DNA of 64,000 nt from Myxococcota bacterium (lineage in GTDB: Bacteria; Myxococcota_A; Polyangia; Nannocystales; Nannocystaceae), in the NCBI GenBank assembly GCA_039194325.1, contig JBCCWC010000005.1, forward strand, positions 96,008 through 160,007. Reading direction: 5' to 3'. The position numbers and the translations under genes were made by a program. Below are positions 1 through 11,536 of this stretch, one piece after another. Position 1 is the first letter of the stretch, and each line of letters begins with the position of its first letter. Under the pieces are notes generated by a model that saw nothing but the letters and a program-made list of their open reading frames with translations, was not told where the DNA came from and made no database searches.

Positions 1-100
1 ACTGGGGCCCGCGGGCGTACTGATCGGCAGTCCTCGCGACGTATGAGCAGACCCGAGGCGTTGGCCTCGGGTCTGTTTGTTTAGGGCTCGTGCGCCATGG

Positions 101-1303
101 TCATCGACGGAAGCGTCGGCGTCGAGCGGCCGGGAGCAGCGACAGCAGCAGCCACGCCGCGGTGGGCGTGGGTGCGTCGCTGCGACAGGTGCAGGTGATG
201 ACATCGTCGCCGCCGTCTTGTGCGCCGCCGTCTCCCGTGCCGGGCGCGGTCGTGGAGCCCGGGCTGGGCCCGTCGTCCGTGGCTCCGCTGCCCGTACCGC
301 CGGGGAGCCCGGTCTCTGCCGTGCCGCTGCCGGCCGTGCCGTCCACGCCGGTGTCGTCGGTGTCTCCGGTGTCTCCGGTGTCTCCGGTGCTACCGCCGAA
401 TTCGAATGGTTCGCCGCAGGTGGCCGAGGGACCGCTGAGCTGGGGTACGGCACATCCCTGAGCCCAGCCCGTGCTGCCCACGTTCGGGTCGAGCGGAAAC
501 TCGCTGCAGCCGTCGCTCGGGTTCCATGTGCCGTCGGCGTCGTGGCAGGGGGTGATGTCGAACCCCGACGCGCTCTCGATCCACTCCACGTGGTCGTGGA
601 TGAGCCCGTAGATCGAGGGCTGGCTGCAGTTGGAGCTGGTTCCCCGCGAGGTGATCCCGAATACGCGCCAGGTGCCGTCCTCCAGCTGAATGTAGGCCGG
701 GCCGCCCGAGTCGCCGTTGCAGCTGCTGGTACCGCCGCCGCCCACGTTGATCTCGGGGCCTTCGAATCCGTTGATGACCGTATCCACCGCGTGCTTGACC
801 CCGAACTGCCCCTGGTCGGTCACCCCGAAGCCGACCAGGGTGATGTCTTGGCCGGGCTGGAGGAGCTCGGTCTCGCAGCCCATCAGGATCGGCACGATCG
901 GAACATCCAGGACCGGCTCGGAGAGCACGCAAAACGCCACGTCGGTCCCGAAGCTGCTCTCCTCGGGGATCCAGTTGGGGAACATCGTGCAGCTTTGGGT
1001 GGCGATCTCACGGGCGGGGTTGAAATCGGTCTCACCGAAGCCCACGAAGGCCGGACCCACATTGCCGGCGAAGAACATGCAGTGGGCCGCGAAGATCACC
1101 ACGTCGGGGCTCACCAGCGTGCCGGTGCAGCCTTCCATGGTGACGGTGGTCGGCCAGCCGCACTCCTCGACCGCGGTGCCGCCGTAGATCTGGCTGGGTT
1201 CGGGCGGGAGCTCGGTCAGCGACGATGCATGGGCGGCGACCGAGACGCTCAGCGTCAGGCACAGGGGGGTGAGGGTGAAGTGAAGCGGGCGCATCGAGGA
1301 CAT
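101..1303 (-). CDS. Secreted trypsin-like (S1) serine protease with MYXO-CTERM-like anchor
   Basis: Signal peptide, IYGG mature N-terminus, FAAHC / GTDVA / GDSGGP triad motifs, Gly/Thr/Asp linker, C-terminal CTC...hydrophobic...RRRR tail. Confidence 0.9.
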   Translation of the reverse strand: MSSMRPLHFTLTPLCLTLSVSVAAHASSLTELPPEPSQIYGGTAVEECGWPTTVTMEGCTGTLVSPDVVIFAAHCMFFAGNVGPAFVGFGETDFNPAREIATQSCTMFPNWIPEESSFGTDVAFCVLSEPVLDVPIVPILMGCETELLQPGQDITLVGFGVTDQGQFGVKHAVDTVINGFEGPEINVGGGGTSSCNGDSGGPAYIQLEDGTWRVFGITSRGTSSNCSQPSIYGLIHDHVEWIESASGFDITPCHDADGTWNPSDGCSEFPLDPNVGSTGWAQGCAVPQLSGPSATCGEPFEFGGSTGDTGDTGDTDDTGVDGTAGSGTAETGLPGGTGSGATDDGPSPGSTTAPGTGDGGAQDGGDDVITCTCRSDAPTPTAAWLLLSLLPAARRRRFRR

Positions 1304-1401
1304 CGGTCGTAGATGGGTCGTAGAGGTCGGTGCCTTCAGTTGGGTCGCGACTGCCTGTCGTGTGATCGCGCCTGCGTGGATGGCAAGTCACTGGTACCCT
1401 G

Positions 1402-2289
1402 ATGCGTATGCGCGCCGTCATCGATATCGGGACGAATTCAGTCTTGTTGTTGCTGGCGGAGCGCGATGCCGACGGGAAGGTGGTGGTGCACAGCGATCTC
1501 AGCCGAGTCACGCGGCTGGGGCAGAATGTCGCGCAGACCCGGCGCCTGGACTCCGAGGCGATCAAGCGTACGCTCACAGTGCTACGCGAATATCGAGCAC
1601 TCGTGCAGGAGCACGAGGCGCAGCTGCAGGTCGTGGCCACCGAGGGGCTCCGCATGGCCAGCAACCCTCGAGCGTTTCTCGAGCCGGCGGCCGATGCCTT
1701 GGGGCAGCCGGTGCGGCTTATAGCCGGGAGCGAAGAGGCCGAGCTGTCCTATCGTAGCGTGGCGCAGGAACTGGCCGACGACGAGCTGCTGCGCGTGCTC
1801 GATATCGGCGGGGGGTCGACGGAGTTGGTGGCCGGCATCGGGATGGATGTGCTCGATAGCCGGTCGCACCCGATAGGCTCCGTACGACTGACCGAGCAAT
1901 ACCTCCACAATGATCCGCCTACGCTGTCTCAGGTGGCGATGGTGGCCCAGTCCTCGCGTGAGGCGTTTGCCGAGCAGTTGCTGCCACCACAGCCTGTACT
2001 CTATGGATTGGCGGGTACGGTCACGACGGTGGCCGGGCTTTTGCTGGGCCTGCAGCAGTACGATCGTAAGCAGGTCGATGGCTCGCGGTGGACGGCCGCG
2101 CAGGTCGAGGCGTTGCGCGATCGGCTCGCCGAGCAGACCACCAAGCAGCGGAGTCGGTCGCCCATGCTGCCGCCCGGGCGCGCCGATGTGATCGTGGCAG
2201 GGACGACGATCTTGGTGGAGGCCCTACGGCACTGTGGAGCACAGACGCTGGTCGTACGTGACCGTGGGCTGCGGTATGCGTTGATCTGA
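1402..2289 (+). CDS. Ppx/GppA family phosphatase (single domain)
   Basis: VIDIGTNS, ATEGLR, EEAELSY, DIGGGSTE, RADVI and GLRY motifs. Confidence 0.9.
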   Translation: MRMRAVIDIGTNSVLLLLAERDADGKVVVHSDLSRVTRLGQNVAQTRRLDSEAIKRTLTVLREYRALVQEHEAQLQVVATEGLRMASNPRAFLEPAADALGQPVRLIAGSEEAELSYRSVAQELADDELLRVLDIGGGSTELVAGIGMDVLDSRSHPIGSVRLTEQYLHNDPPTLSQVAMVAQSSREAFAEQLLPPQPVLYGLAGTVTTVAGLLLGLQQYDRKQVDGSRWTAAQVEALRDRLAEQTTKQRSRSPMLPPGRADVIVAGTTILVEALRHCGAQTLVVRDRGLRYALI

Positions 2290-2422
2290 GCGGTATCGCG
2301 CGAGCTTTTGATGGCACCGTAGTTTTCCCCGCCGATCTTTCCATTTCATCCAGGAAATTCCCCTACTCCGGTGTCCAAGTAGGTGAGGGTACGCATTCCA
2401 CCGAGCGTCCTTCCAATATTCG

Positions 2423-3721
2423 ATGATGCACGAGACAGAGGCTCCCCGATCGCGTCGACCGCTCACCTTCCTCACCACTCCCGTCTGGGAGCGAGCGAGA
2501 CGGTTGGCGGTGGAGGGTCGACACGAGGCGGCGGCCACCGAATATCAGGTCCTCACCGATCTCGATCCCGACGACGTCAAGGCCTCGCTGAAGCTGGCGC
2601 ATCACCTGGTGGAGGCGGGTCACCCTGCGCGCGCGGCTGACGAGTATCTGCGGCTCGCCGGCATCTATGTTCGTCTTGGTCATCCGAGGCGGGCGATGAC
2701 AGTGGCTCTGCGGGCGCTTCGGGTGGAGTCCAGCCGAGTGGTGAGGGTCCGGCTGGCGCCATTGATGGCGGGGTTGGGGCCGATGGCGGCCGCGTTGTGC
2801 GAGCAAGTGTCGCGGGTCCATATCCTCTCGGGTCGTCCCGAGCAGGCTCGCGACGTGCTTGGCCTGCTGGTGCATAGCGAGCCCACCGCGTTGCCTCGCC
2901 GCCTGCGGTTGGCCGAGCTCGATCTGGCCAAGGGGCGCACGACCGAGGCGATGGCCGAGCTGCGGGTCGTGGCCGACGGGCTGCGCGCCCGCGGCCGGAC
3001 CCAGGATCTGCTGCGCGTGCTCGAGATGATGCATGCGCATGGTGGTCCCGACGAGGCGGTGCTTCGCGAGCTGGCCACTATCTATCTGCGTTGCGGTCAG
3101 CCTCGCCGTGCGCAGCGCAAGCTCGAGGTGCTCCACCGCGTCGCCCCGCGCGATCGAGTGACCGTGGAGCGCCTGGCCCGCGTTCATGCAACGTTCGGCC
3201 GGCTCGAGAGCACGCTGCGATTGCTCGGGCGTTTGGTGACCCTCGCGGAGAGTCAAGCCGATCGGGACGAGCTACGGGCCGTGTTGCGTCGCGCGGCCTC
3301 GTGGTGCTCGGACGCCAGCTATCAGCGAGCGCTCGACGACCTGGGGATCTGGGCCGCTCGCCCGAAAGCAGCGCGCCGTGCCGACTATCGCCTGGGTCGT
3401 GGAGCCTCGACCCGGCACGCGCGTGGTCGTCGAGGAGCGGTGCCTCCGCCCTTGCCTCGGTGGATGCGGCTGCGCACGAAAGCGGCTACGGCGTCGGGGG
3501 AGATCAAGGTGCTCGACGACCAGGTTCCTACGCTGGGCGATCTCGATCCACGCTTCGAGGAGCGTGAGGAGCGGGTCGACAACACGCTCGAGCTCATCAA
3601 CGAAGCGCTCGAGCTCACCGACGACGCGCTCGAGCTCATCGATGGAGCCATTCCCCGGTCCCGTGCTCGATCGGGGGCCCGGTCGGGGGCCCAATCGGGT
3701 GCGGTCGGGTGCCCAGCCTAG
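2423..3721 (+). CDS. Tetratricopeptide-repeat protein
   Basis: Repeated helical LA..Y...G....A patterns; low-complexity C-terminus. Confidence 0.7.
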   Translation: MMHETEAPRSRRPLTFLTTPVWERARRLAVEGRHEAAATEYQVLTDLDPDDVKASLKLAHHLVEAGHPARAADEYLRLAGIYVRLGHPRRAMTVALRALRVESSRVVRVRLAPLMAGLGPMAAALCEQVSRVHILSGRPEQARDVLGLLVHSEPTALPRRLRLAELDLAKGRTTEAMAELRVVADGLRARGRTQDLLRVLEMMHAHGGPDEAVLRELATIYLRCGQPRRAQRKLEVLHRVAPRDRVTVERLARVHATFGRLESTLRLLGRLVTLAESQADRDELRAVLRRAASWCSDASYQRALDDLGIWAARPKAARRADYRLGRGASTRHARGRRGAVPPPLPRWMRLRTKAATASGEIKVLDDQVPTLGDLDPRFEEREERVDNTLELINEALELTDDALELIDGAIPRSRARSGARSGAQSGAVGCPA

Positions 3722-3789
3722 CGTTCGTGGCGGCGGCGTCCGAGTGCTCCATGGCGCAATGAGTCGGTCGCTCGTATAGTTCGCTCGGT

Positions 3790-4623
3790 TTGCGCTTCGA
3801 TCTCCACTGTCACTCGATCTGCTCGGACGGCAGTCATCCTCCCGAGCGTGTGGCGGCCATGGCCGTCGAGTATGGTGTCTCGCTGTTCTGTCTCACCGAC
3901 CACGACACCATGGCCGGCTATACCGCCACGGTGAGCACGATCGCGGGTCGTTGTACGGTACTGCGAGGCATGGAGCTGAGCTGCCGCGAGTATGGCCGCA
4001 GCATTCACCTGTTGCTCTATGGTTTGCGCCCGGGCCCGGGCCTCGACGATCTCCAGCGTCGTCTCGATCGCGTCGCGTGCGATCGTCGCGAGCGCATTCG
4101 TCGGATCTGCGCCCGGCTCGCCAAGCTCGGGGTCTCCCTCGATCCCGAGCCGATCCTCGCGGCAGCCGAGGGGCGGGTGGCGGGCCGACCCGACGTCGCT
4201 CGGGCCTTAGTCGCGGCGGGAGTGTGCACCAGCCCTCGGGAGGCCTTCGATCGCTTTCTCAAGGACGGAGGCCCGGCCGATGCCCCCATCGAGCGCTTGG
4301 GGGTCGACGAGGGGCTGGCGCTGGCCCGTCGGGCGGGTGCCCGGGTCTCGCTCGCGCATCCTCATAGCTTGGGAGAGCCGGCCCTGGTTCGCGATCTCTT
4401 TGCGCGCTTTCAGTCTCTCGGTCTGGAGGGCATCGAGGCGTTCTATGGTCGCTATGGGCGGGCGGAGTCCGAGGCTTGGCTTCGCCTGGCTCGTCAGCGG
4501 GATCTCGTGCCTACGGGCGGATCCGATTTCCACGGCGATCTCACCCCGGACATTTCCCGCCCGGGCATCGAGCTGCCCGAGGCTCGTGCTCGCCAGATCC
4601 GCGACTGGCTCGGGCTGGCCTAG
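3790..4623 (+). CDS. PHP-domain phosphoesterase (TrpH/YciV-like)
   Basis: DLHCHS..SDG, TDHD, LAHP and GGSDFHG motifs. Confidence 0.9.
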   Translation: MRFDLHCHSICSDGSHPPERVAAMAVEYGVSLFCLTDHDTMAGYTATVSTIAGRCTVLRGMELSCREYGRSIHLLLYGLRPGPGLDDLQRRLDRVACDRRERIRRICARLAKLGVSLDPEPILAAAEGRVAGRPDVARALVAAGVCTSPREAFDRFLKDGGPADAPIERLGVDEGLALARRAGARVSLAHPHSLGEPALVRDLFARFQSLGLEGIEAFYGRYGRAESEAWLRLARQRDLVPTGGSDFHGDLTPDISRPGIELPEARARQIRDWLGLA

Positions 4624-4637
4624 CCCGGGCTACTCCC

Positions 4638-6050
4638 TCACTCCCGCATCTTGGCCAGGATCGCGTCCACGTTCTTCTTGGCGTCCCCGAACAACATGTC
4701 CGTGTTGTCCTTGAAGAACAGCGGATTGCCGACCCCCGCGTACCCGGTGCCCATCGACCGCTTCATGACGATCGTCCCCCCCGACTTCCAGCACTCGAGC
4801 ACGGGCATCCCCGCGATCGGCGAGTTCGGATCATCGAGCGCGCTGGGATTGACGATGTCGTTCGCCCCGATCACCAGCACCATGTCGGTCTCGGGGAAGT
4901 CCTCGTTGATCTCGTCCATCTCCAGCACGATGTCGTAGGGCACGTTGGCCTCGGCCAGCAGCACGTTCATGTGCCCCGGCAGTCGCCCGGCCACCGGGTG
5001 GATCGCAAACCGCACCTCTTTTTTCTTGCCTCGCAAGATCTTGACCACCTCGGACAGCGAGTGCTGCGCCTGCGCGACGGCCATCCCGTACCCCGGGATG
5101 ATGATCACCGACTTGGCCTCTCGCAGCCGCTCGACCACCTCGTCGACCTCGACCGCGGTGACCTCTCCTTCGGGCGTCTTCATCTCCCCGGTGGGCGCCC
5201 CGCCGTCGCTGCCAAAGCCCCCCAAGATCACGCTGATGAACGAGCGGTTCATCGCCGCGCACATGATGTAGCTGAGGATCGCCCCGCTGCTGCCCACCAG
5301 CGCCCCGGTGATGATGAGCAGGTCGTTGCTGAGCATGAACCCCGCCGCCGACGCGGCCCAGCCGGAGTAGCTGTTGAGCATCGAGACCACCACCGGCATG
5401 TCGGCGCCGCCGATCGCCATGACCATGTGGACGCCCAGCACGCACGCGATCCCCGTCATGATGAGCAGCGAGGTCAGCCCGGGGTGGTCGCCGCCGTGCC
5501 CGGCCCCCACGAACTCGTAGCCGAGGTAGCAGGAGACCAGCACCATGCCGAGGTTGATGGCGTGGCGCGCGGGGATGATGAGGGGCTTGCCGCTGAGGCT
5601 GCCCCGTAGCTTGGCGAACGCGATCACCGAGCCGGTGAAGGTGATAGCGCCCACGAACACGCCCACGTAGATCTCGATCGCGTGGATCGTCAGCTCGGTG
5701 GCCGACAGCGAGGGCGTGGGGCCCATATAGCTGGCGATACCCACCAGCACCGCGGCCAATCCCACAAAGCTATGAAGGATCGCCACCAGCTCGGGCATGG
5801 AGGTCATCGCCACCCGCGCGGCGAGGATCGCCCCGATGATCGCTCCGGGGATGATGGCCGCGGCCAGCATCCCATAGCCCTCCGAGGTAACCCCACTGCC
5901 GGCGGTGGTGGCCAGCAGGGCGATGAGCATGCCGATGATGCCGTAGAGGTTGCCGCGGCGCGCCGATTCCTGGTTGGACAGGCCGCCCAGGCTCAGGATG
6001 AACAGGGCGCTCGCGGCGATATACGCGACGGTGAGCAGGCTTTCGGACAC
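4638..6050 (-). CDS. pntB: NAD(P) transhydrogenase subunit beta
   Basis: [48 protein letters not shown]. Confidence 0.97.
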   Translation of the reverse strand: MSESLLTVAYIAASALFILSLGGLSNQESARRGNLYGIIGMLIALLATTAGSGVTSEGYGMLAAAIIPGAIIGAILAARVAMTSMPELVAILHSFVGLAAVLVGIASYMGPTPSLSATELTIHAIEIYVGVFVGAITFTGSVIAFAKLRGSLSGKPLIIPARHAINLGMVLVSCYLGYEFVGAGHGGDHPGLTSLLIMTGIACVLGVHMVMAIGGADMPVVVSMLNSYSGWAASAAGFMLSNDLLIITGALVGSSGAILSYIMCAAMNRSFISVILGGFGSDGGAPTGEMKTPEGEVTAVEVDEVVERLREAKSVIIIPGYGMAVAQAQHSLSEVVKILRGKKKEVRFAIHPVAGRLPGHMNVLLAEANVPYDIVLEMDEINEDFPETDMVLVIGANDIVNPSALDDPNSPIAGMPVLECWKSGGTIVMKRSMGTGYAGVGNPLFFKDNTDMLFGDAKKNVDAILAKMRE

Positions 6051-6062
6051 GGTCGTCTCCTC

Positions 6063-7622
6063 CTACTTCCGGAACATCTGGAGCATGCGCTGGGTGACCA
6101 AAAAGCCCCCTGCGATGTTGATGGTGGCGACGAGGATGGCGGCGGCCCCCAGCAGCACGGTCGCCGACATGGGCGCGCCCGAGACCTGGAGCATGCCTCC
6201 GATGATGATGATCCCGCTGATCGCGTTGGTCACGCTCATCAGCGGGGTGTGTAGCGCGGGCGACACGTTCCAGATGACCTGCCAGCCGACGAAGATCGCC
6301 AGCACGAAGACGGTGAAGTGGGACAGGAACGAAGGGGGCGCTCCAACCCCGATCCCCAGCAGGGCGGCGCCGGCCATCAGCAGCCACACGGGCGAGCTCT
6401 GCTGCTGCTCGCCGTGACCGCCCTTTTTGACCACCACCGGCTCGGGCGCGGGCTCGGGTTTCTTGGTCTCGGCCGGCGATGGCTGGGGCTTTTTGGGCGG
6501 AGGCCAGGTGATCTCGCCCTCGTGGGTGACCAGGGCCCCGCGCACGACCTCGTCGTCCATGTCGACTTGGAAGCCCTCGGCCTTGCCCATGTCGTCGAGC
6601 AGGTGGGCGATGTTGGTGCCGTAGAGCTGGCTGGCCACCGAGGCCAGGCGGCTGGGCAGATCGGAGAACCCGACGATCTTGACCCCGCCGTGATCGACGA
6701 CCTTGCCGTGCTCGGTGAGCTCGCAGTTGCCCCCCTGCTCGGCCGCCAAGTCCACCACCACCGAGCCCGGCTTCATGGCGTCGACGTGCTCGCGGGTGAT
6801 GAGCCGAGGCGCGGGCTTGCCGGGGATCAGCGCGGTGGTGATGATGATGTCGACCTCGCGGGCCTGCTCGAGGAACAAGGCCATCTCGGCCTCGATGAAC
6901 TCCTTGCTCATCACCTTGGCGTAGCCGCCGGCCCCGGCCCCGTCCTCCTCGAACTCGAGCTCGAGGAACTCGGCGCCCATGCTCTCGACCTGCTCCTTGA
7001 CGGCGGGGCGGGTGTCAAAGGCCCGGACGATGGCTCCCAAGCCCCGGGCGGCCCCGATCGCGGCCAGGCCGGCCACCCCGGCCCCGATCACCATGACCTT
7101 GGCCGGCGGCACCTTGCCCGCCGCGGTGATCTGCCCCGTGAAGAAGCGCGGGAAGTGGTTGGCGGCCTCGACCACGGCGCGGTAGCCCGCGATGTTGGCC
7201 ATCGAGGACAGGGCGTCGAGCTTCTGGGCCCGGCTGATCCGTGGCACCTGGTCCATGCCCAGCGCGGTGATCTTGCGCTCCTTGAGCATCTCCACCAGCG
7301 ACTCGTTCTGCGCCGGCCACAAGAACGAGATGAGGGTGGTGCCCTCCTTCATCAGCTCGACCTCTTCGGTGCCGGCCGCCTCGTGGTAGGCGGGCGGCCT
7401 CACCTTGGCCACGATGTCGACCTGGTCGTACAGCTGCGAGGGTCCCTCGACCACCGTGCAGCCGGCCTCCTCGTAGGCCGAGTCGGGGAAGCTGGCGGCA
7501 AGCCCCGCGCTCGTCTCGACGAGCACCTCGAAGCCGTGCTTCTGAAGGCGCTTGGCCGAGTCGGGAGTGGTCGCGACCCGCCGCTCGCCCTCGTAGATCT
7601 CCTTGGGAATGCCGATTTTCAT
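6063..7622 (-). CDS. pntA: NAD(P) transhydrogenase subunit alpha (fused form)
   Basis: MKIGIPKE start, [41 protein letters not shown]; start trimmed to the ATG at 7622. Confidence 0.97.
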   Translation of the reverse strand: MKIGIPKEIYEGERRVATTPDSAKRLQKHGFEVLVETSAGLAASFPDSAYEEAGCTVVEGPSQLYDQVDIVAKVRPPAYHEAAGTEEVELMKEGTTLISFLWPAQNESLVEMLKERKITALGMDQVPRISRAQKLDALSSMANIAGYRAVVEAANHFPRFFTGQITAAGKVPPAKVMVIGAGVAGLAAIGAARGLGAIVRAFDTRPAVKEQVESMGAEFLELEFEEDGAGAGGYAKVMSKEFIEAEMALFLEQAREVDIIITTALIPGKPAPRLITREHVDAMKPGSVVVDLAAEQGGNCELTEHGKVVDHGGVKIVGFSDLPSRLASVASQLYGTNIAHLLDDMGKAEGFQVDMDDEVVRGALVTHEGEITWPPPKKPQPSPAETKKPEPAPEPVVVKKGGHGEQQQSSPVWLLMAGAALLGIGVGAPPSFLSHFTVFVLAIFVGWQVIWNVSPALHTPLMSVTNAISGIIIIGGMLQVSGAPMSATVLLGAAAILVATINIAGGFLVTQRMLQMFRK

Positions 7623-7743
7623 TGGGAAGCCGAACCCCGCGCGCGCCGTAGATAGCACGGCTGTCGTAACGCGGGCCAGCCGCGTCCGGGGAGCGTGGAC
7701 CGGCCCTCCACGGTTGGCAGGGGTCGTGGGCTAGCATGCAGCC

Positions 7744-8277
7744 ATGGCCACCGATGACCCCTTGACCCACTTCTCCGCGGCGGGTGCCGCTCATATGGTG
7801 GAGATCGAATCCAAGGCCCCGACGTCCCGTCGGGCGGTGGCCTCGGCCCGGATCCGCATGGCCCCGGCCACCCTGCGACGGATCTGTGAGGGTCAGGTGG
7901 GCAAAGGGGACGTCCTGGGCGTGGCCCGCGTGGCCGCGATCAGTGCCACCAAACGTTGCGCCGAGCTGATCCCGCTGTGTCATCCGGTGGGGTTGACGGG
8001 GGTGAGCGTGACGTTCGAGATCCTCGACGAGCTACCGGGCGTCCGGGTGGTGGTCGAGGTCCGGGCGATCGATCGCACCGGCCCCGAGATGGAGGCGATG
8101 ACCGCCGCCAGCGTGGGCGCGCTGACGATCTACGACATGTGCAAGGCCATGGACCGCGGCATGATCGTGGAGGCGGTGATGCTGCTGGAGAAGGACGGCG
8201 GCAAGTCGGGCCACTGGCGTCGCGAGCCGGCCCAAACGCCAGACCAAGTGCCGAACCCGGAACCCGCGTCTCCATGA
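7744..8277 (+). CDS. moaC: Cyclic pyranopterin monophosphate synthase
   Basis: LTHF...AHMV, KGDVL, LIPLCHP, TGPEMEA, TIYDMCKA, KDGGKSG. Confidence 0.95.
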   Translation: MATDDPLTHFSAAGAAHMVEIESKAPTSRRAVASARIRMAPATLRRICEGQVGKGDVLGVARVAAISATKRCAELIPLCHPVGLTGVSVTFEILDELPGVRVVVEVRAIDRTGPEMEAMTAASVGALTIYDMCKAMDRGMIVEAVMLLEKDGGKSGHWRREPAQTPDQVPNPEPASP

Positions 8278-8305
8278 TGGACATGAACGGAGACGAACGC
8301 CCGGC

Positions 8306-9877
8306 CTACTTGGGGCGCAGGGCCTCGTCGTACACAATGATCTCGGCCTCGGGCAGCACCTGCTCGACCTGGGGTTGGATCTGCGCCGCGTTGCCCACCA
8401 CGACCACCACCGGCACGGCGTGTACATAGCGCAGGGCCGCGCTGCGAACCTCGGAGAGCTCGACTCGGGTGACCCCGGCGCGATAGTTCTTCCAGTAGCC
8501 CTTGGGCAGGCCGAAGATGATCTGCTCGCGTACCCGCTGGACGATCTGGTCGGGGGTCTCCACCTCCACCGGGAATGCGCCGACGATCTTGCGCACCACC
8601 GCCTCGAACTCCTGGCGGGGGGGATCCTCGGTACGTAGGCGATCGATGTGCCCGAAGATCGCGGCCAGCATTTCCCCGGTGGTGGGGGTGCGAGTCTCCG
8701 TCTCGATGACGAAGGTGCCCGGGGCCTGCCCCTTGCCCACGATGGAGTAGATCCCGTAGGTGAGGCTCCGCTGCTCGCGGATGTCCTGGAACAGGCGAGC
8801 ATTGGAGTCGCCTCCGAGGACCTCGTTGGCGACCTGCAGCGCGGCCCAGTCCTCGTGATTACGCGCTAGCGCGAGATTTCCCACCCGGATCGTGGCCTGA
8901 GATGAGCTAGGGCGATCGACCAGGTGCACGCGCAGATCGCCGGGTAGCTTGTAGCGGGTGAAGGGGTTGAGCGGATTGGGCGGTAGGCTCGACCGCTCGG
9001 CCGAGGTCCAGCCCCCGAATGCGCGCTCGACCAGGGGCCGGGCCTCGCTCTTGGTGATATCCCCCGAGATCAGCATGAAGCCGTTGTTGGCCCGGTAGAA
9101 GGTCTGGTGGAACCGGCGAATGTCCTCGATGTCGATGGCGTCGATCTGGGCGTTGGTCGCCAGGGGCCGGCCATAGGGGTGGCCGTTGGGGTAGATCACG
9201 TCGTCGAAGAGCGTGTCGGCGAGTACGTCGGGTTGCGAGCGGCTCAGCCGCAGCGTGGCTTTGGCCGATTGCTGGAGCTTGCCGAGGGCGGCGGCGGGGA
9301 ACGCCGGGTTTTGGACCTCGTCGGCGACCAGCTGGAGGGCCAGCTTGAGGTCCTTTTTGAGGGTGCGGGCGCGCACGGTGGACACGTGGGTGCCCGCCCA
9401 GGCGCTCAGGCTGCCGCCCACGAACTCGATGGCCTCGTCGAGCTTGGACTTGGGGCGGCTGCGCGTGCCTTCGCCCAGCATGCTCGCGGTGAACGAGGCC
9501 AGGTAGGGGTCGTCCATGGTGCCGCAGCGGATCACCAGCTCGGTGGAGACCAGCGGCACCTCGTGGTTCTCGATGATGTATACGGCCAGGCCGTTGGACA
9601 GGCGGAAGCGACCCACCTCGGGGAAGGTCACCGGCTTGGGTGCGGTGGGAGGCGGTGGCGCGGGCCAGGAGCGGCCCGAGGGGCCCTGGCTCGCGCCCAC
9701 GGGAGTGGGCGCAGGCCCGCGCCGACCACCGCCTGGATCGTTCGTGCGACCTTTGAGCTGGCAGGCGGAAGCGGCCAGGAGCAGTCCAAAGCCCAGGCTG
9801 ACGACCAGGCCAAAGCGCAAAGAAGTTACGCGGCGGGCGAGTCGAGCGAAGATCGAAGGGGTCATGTTCGCGTCCAT
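8306..9877 (-). CDS. M16 peptidase family lipoprotein, non-catalytic subunit
   Basis: LSNGL, HPYG and RLF..IRE..LTY motifs but no HxxEH; lipobox-like LAASAC. Confidence 0.85.
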   Translation of the reverse strand: MDANMTPSIFARLARRVTSLRFGLVVSLGFGLLLAASACQLKGRTNDPGGGRRGPAPTPVGASQGPSGRSWPAPPPPTAPKPVTFPEVGRFRLSNGLAVYIIENHEVPLVSTELVIRCGTMDDPYLASFTASMLGEGTRSRPKSKLDEAIEFVGGSLSAWAGTHVSTVRARTLKKDLKLALQLVADEVQNPAFPAAALGKLQQSAKATLRLSRSQPDVLADTLFDDVIYPNGHPYGRPLATNAQIDAIDIEDIRRFHQTFYRANNGFMLISGDITKSEARPLVERAFGGWTSAERSSLPPNPLNPFTRYKLPGDLRVHLVDRPSSSQATIRVGNLALARNHEDWAALQVANEVLGGDSNARLFQDIREQRSLTYGIYSIVGKGQAPGTFVIETETRTPTTGEMLAAIFGHIDRLRTEDPPRQEFEAVVRKIVGAFPVEVETPDQIVQRVREQIIFGLPKGYWKNYRAGVTRVELSEVRSAALRYVHAVPVVVVVGNAAQIQPQVEQVLPEAEIIVYDEALRPK

Positions 9878-9907
9878 TGTGCCTGCGTCCGAGGCCTCGC
9901 GAGGCTC

Positions 9908-11290
9908 CTAGCGCGCGGGGACGATCTCCAGCGTCAGCCAGCGGTCGGTGAGATATTTGTTGGCGACCCGCTTGATGTCCTTGGACGTGACGCTGCGGTA
10001 CTTCTCCAGCGCGGTCAACGCGTGGACCGGGTCGTCATAAAAGAGCGCGCCTTGGGCGATGTCTCGGGCGCGCCCGTCGTTGGTGGCCAGGTCGGCGACG
10101 GCGTCGACCGTGAGCTGGTTCTTCGCCTTTTGCAGCTCCTTGGAGCTGATCCCGCGCCTCTTGACCTTGGCGACTTCGTCGCGCACCACCTCTTGGATGC
10201 TCTCGAAGTTACCGCCCGGAGTGGGCACGAAGGCGCCGGCCGATACGCTCGCGTCGATCCCCCCGCCCATGGAATCGGTGGAGATCGACGCGACCACCAT
10301 GCGTCGCTCGTCCTTGAGCAGCCGGGTAATTCGGGACGAGTCGCCCCGCAGCAGCACGTTCATGAGGATCCGGACCGCTTGGTAGTCGCGGTGACGCTTG
10401 GGGACCGTCTTCCAACCGATGACGTAGAGCGGCTGGCGGGCCAGCGGATCCTCGATGGTGCGGGACAAGGGCTGGCTCATCGAGTGATCGATGCTGGGCC
10501 GGGGTGGCCGGTCGGGTCCCTTGGCCAGATCGCCGAAGTACCGGTCGACCTCGCGCTTGAGCTCGTCGTACTCGATGTCGCCTACCACGGCCATCACCGC
10601 GTTGTTGGGCACGTAGTAGGTGTCGAAGAAGCGCTGGACGTCGGCGGTGCTGGCCGCGGTGAGGTCTTCGTCGCTACCGATCGTCATGTGTCCGTAGCCC
10701 GTGCCCGACCAGACCTCGGCGAAGAACTGCTGCAGGGCCATCAGGTACGGCCGGTTGCCGTAGCGCATGGCCTTCTCTTCTTTGACCGCCTCGCGCTGGT
10801 TTTCGAAGTTCTCTTCGGTCACCGCCAGTGAGCGCAGCCGGTCGGACTCGAGCCACAGGACCATGTCGAGGTAGTGGCTGGGAACAGTCTGGTGGTACTG
10901 GGTGACGTCGGCGGTGGTGAAGGCATTGAGCGTGCCGCCGGCCCCGAGGATGTACTTGAAGTGCCCGCCCTCGGGTACGTTCTCGCTGCCCTTGAACATC
11001 ATGTGCTCGAACAGGTGGGCGAAACCGGTCCGCCCTCGCTGCTCGTCGCGTGAGCCTACGTGGTAAGCGATGTGCATCGAGAACGTGGGGGTACTGCGGT
11101 CTTGCAGCAGGTACACGCGCAGTCCGTTGCCCAGCGTAAAGTGCCGCACCTTCATCTCGATGCCGAGCACGGACCCGGAGGTGTCGCCCTCGGAGACCAC
11201 CGAGGCCGCGGCCGGGGTCATCGCCGTGAGCCAGGCTCCGAGCAGAGCGATCGCAGGGGCCAGGCGGCGCCGTAGGGAGGATCTGGGCAT
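9908..11290 (-). CDS. M16 (pitrilysin-like) zinc peptidase, catalytic subunit
   Basis: GFAHLFEHMMFKGS (HxxEH), NAFT, ESDR, YYVPNNA; signal peptide after the ATG at 11290 (start inferred). Confidence 0.9.
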   Translation of the reverse strand: MPRSSLRRRLAPAIALLGAWLTAMTPAAASVVSEGDTSGSVLGIEMKVRHFTLGNGLRVYLLQDRSTPTFSMHIAYHVGSRDEQRGRTGFAHLFEHMMFKGSENVPEGGHFKYILGAGGTLNAFTTADVTQYHQTVPSHYLDMVLWLESDRLRSLAVTEENFENQREAVKEEKAMRYGNRPYLMALQQFFAEVWSGTGYGHMTIGSDEDLTAASTADVQRFFDTYYVPNNAVMAVVGDIEYDELKREVDRYFGDLAKGPDRPPRPSIDHSMSQPLSRTIEDPLARQPLYVIGWKTVPKRHRDYQAVRILMNVLLRGDSSRITRLLKDERRMVVASISTDSMGGGIDASVSAGAFVPTPGGNFESIQEVVRDEVAKVKRRGISSKELQKAKNQLTVDAVADLATNDGRARDIAQGALFYDDPVHALTALEKYRSVTSKDIKRVANKYLTDRWLTLEIVPAR

Positions 11291-11536
11291 CGGTACGCTC
11301 CTGGCGAGGCGAGCGCGCACACGGTCGCCCCGACGCGAGAGCACGGTAGCAAGATGCCGCGCAGCCGTCCAAGACTCCCGGCCCAAGACGACGAGGCCAA
11401 GACGCCCCGCAGGTAGGCAGGGCGGGCGACATCGAGTGGGTGCCTCAGGTGCCACAGCTACCCCGGATCAACCTGGGTGCTGAGGGACCAGGCGTGATCC
11501 TGTCGCTCGCCGACGACCGTGTAAGTGATAATCTAG

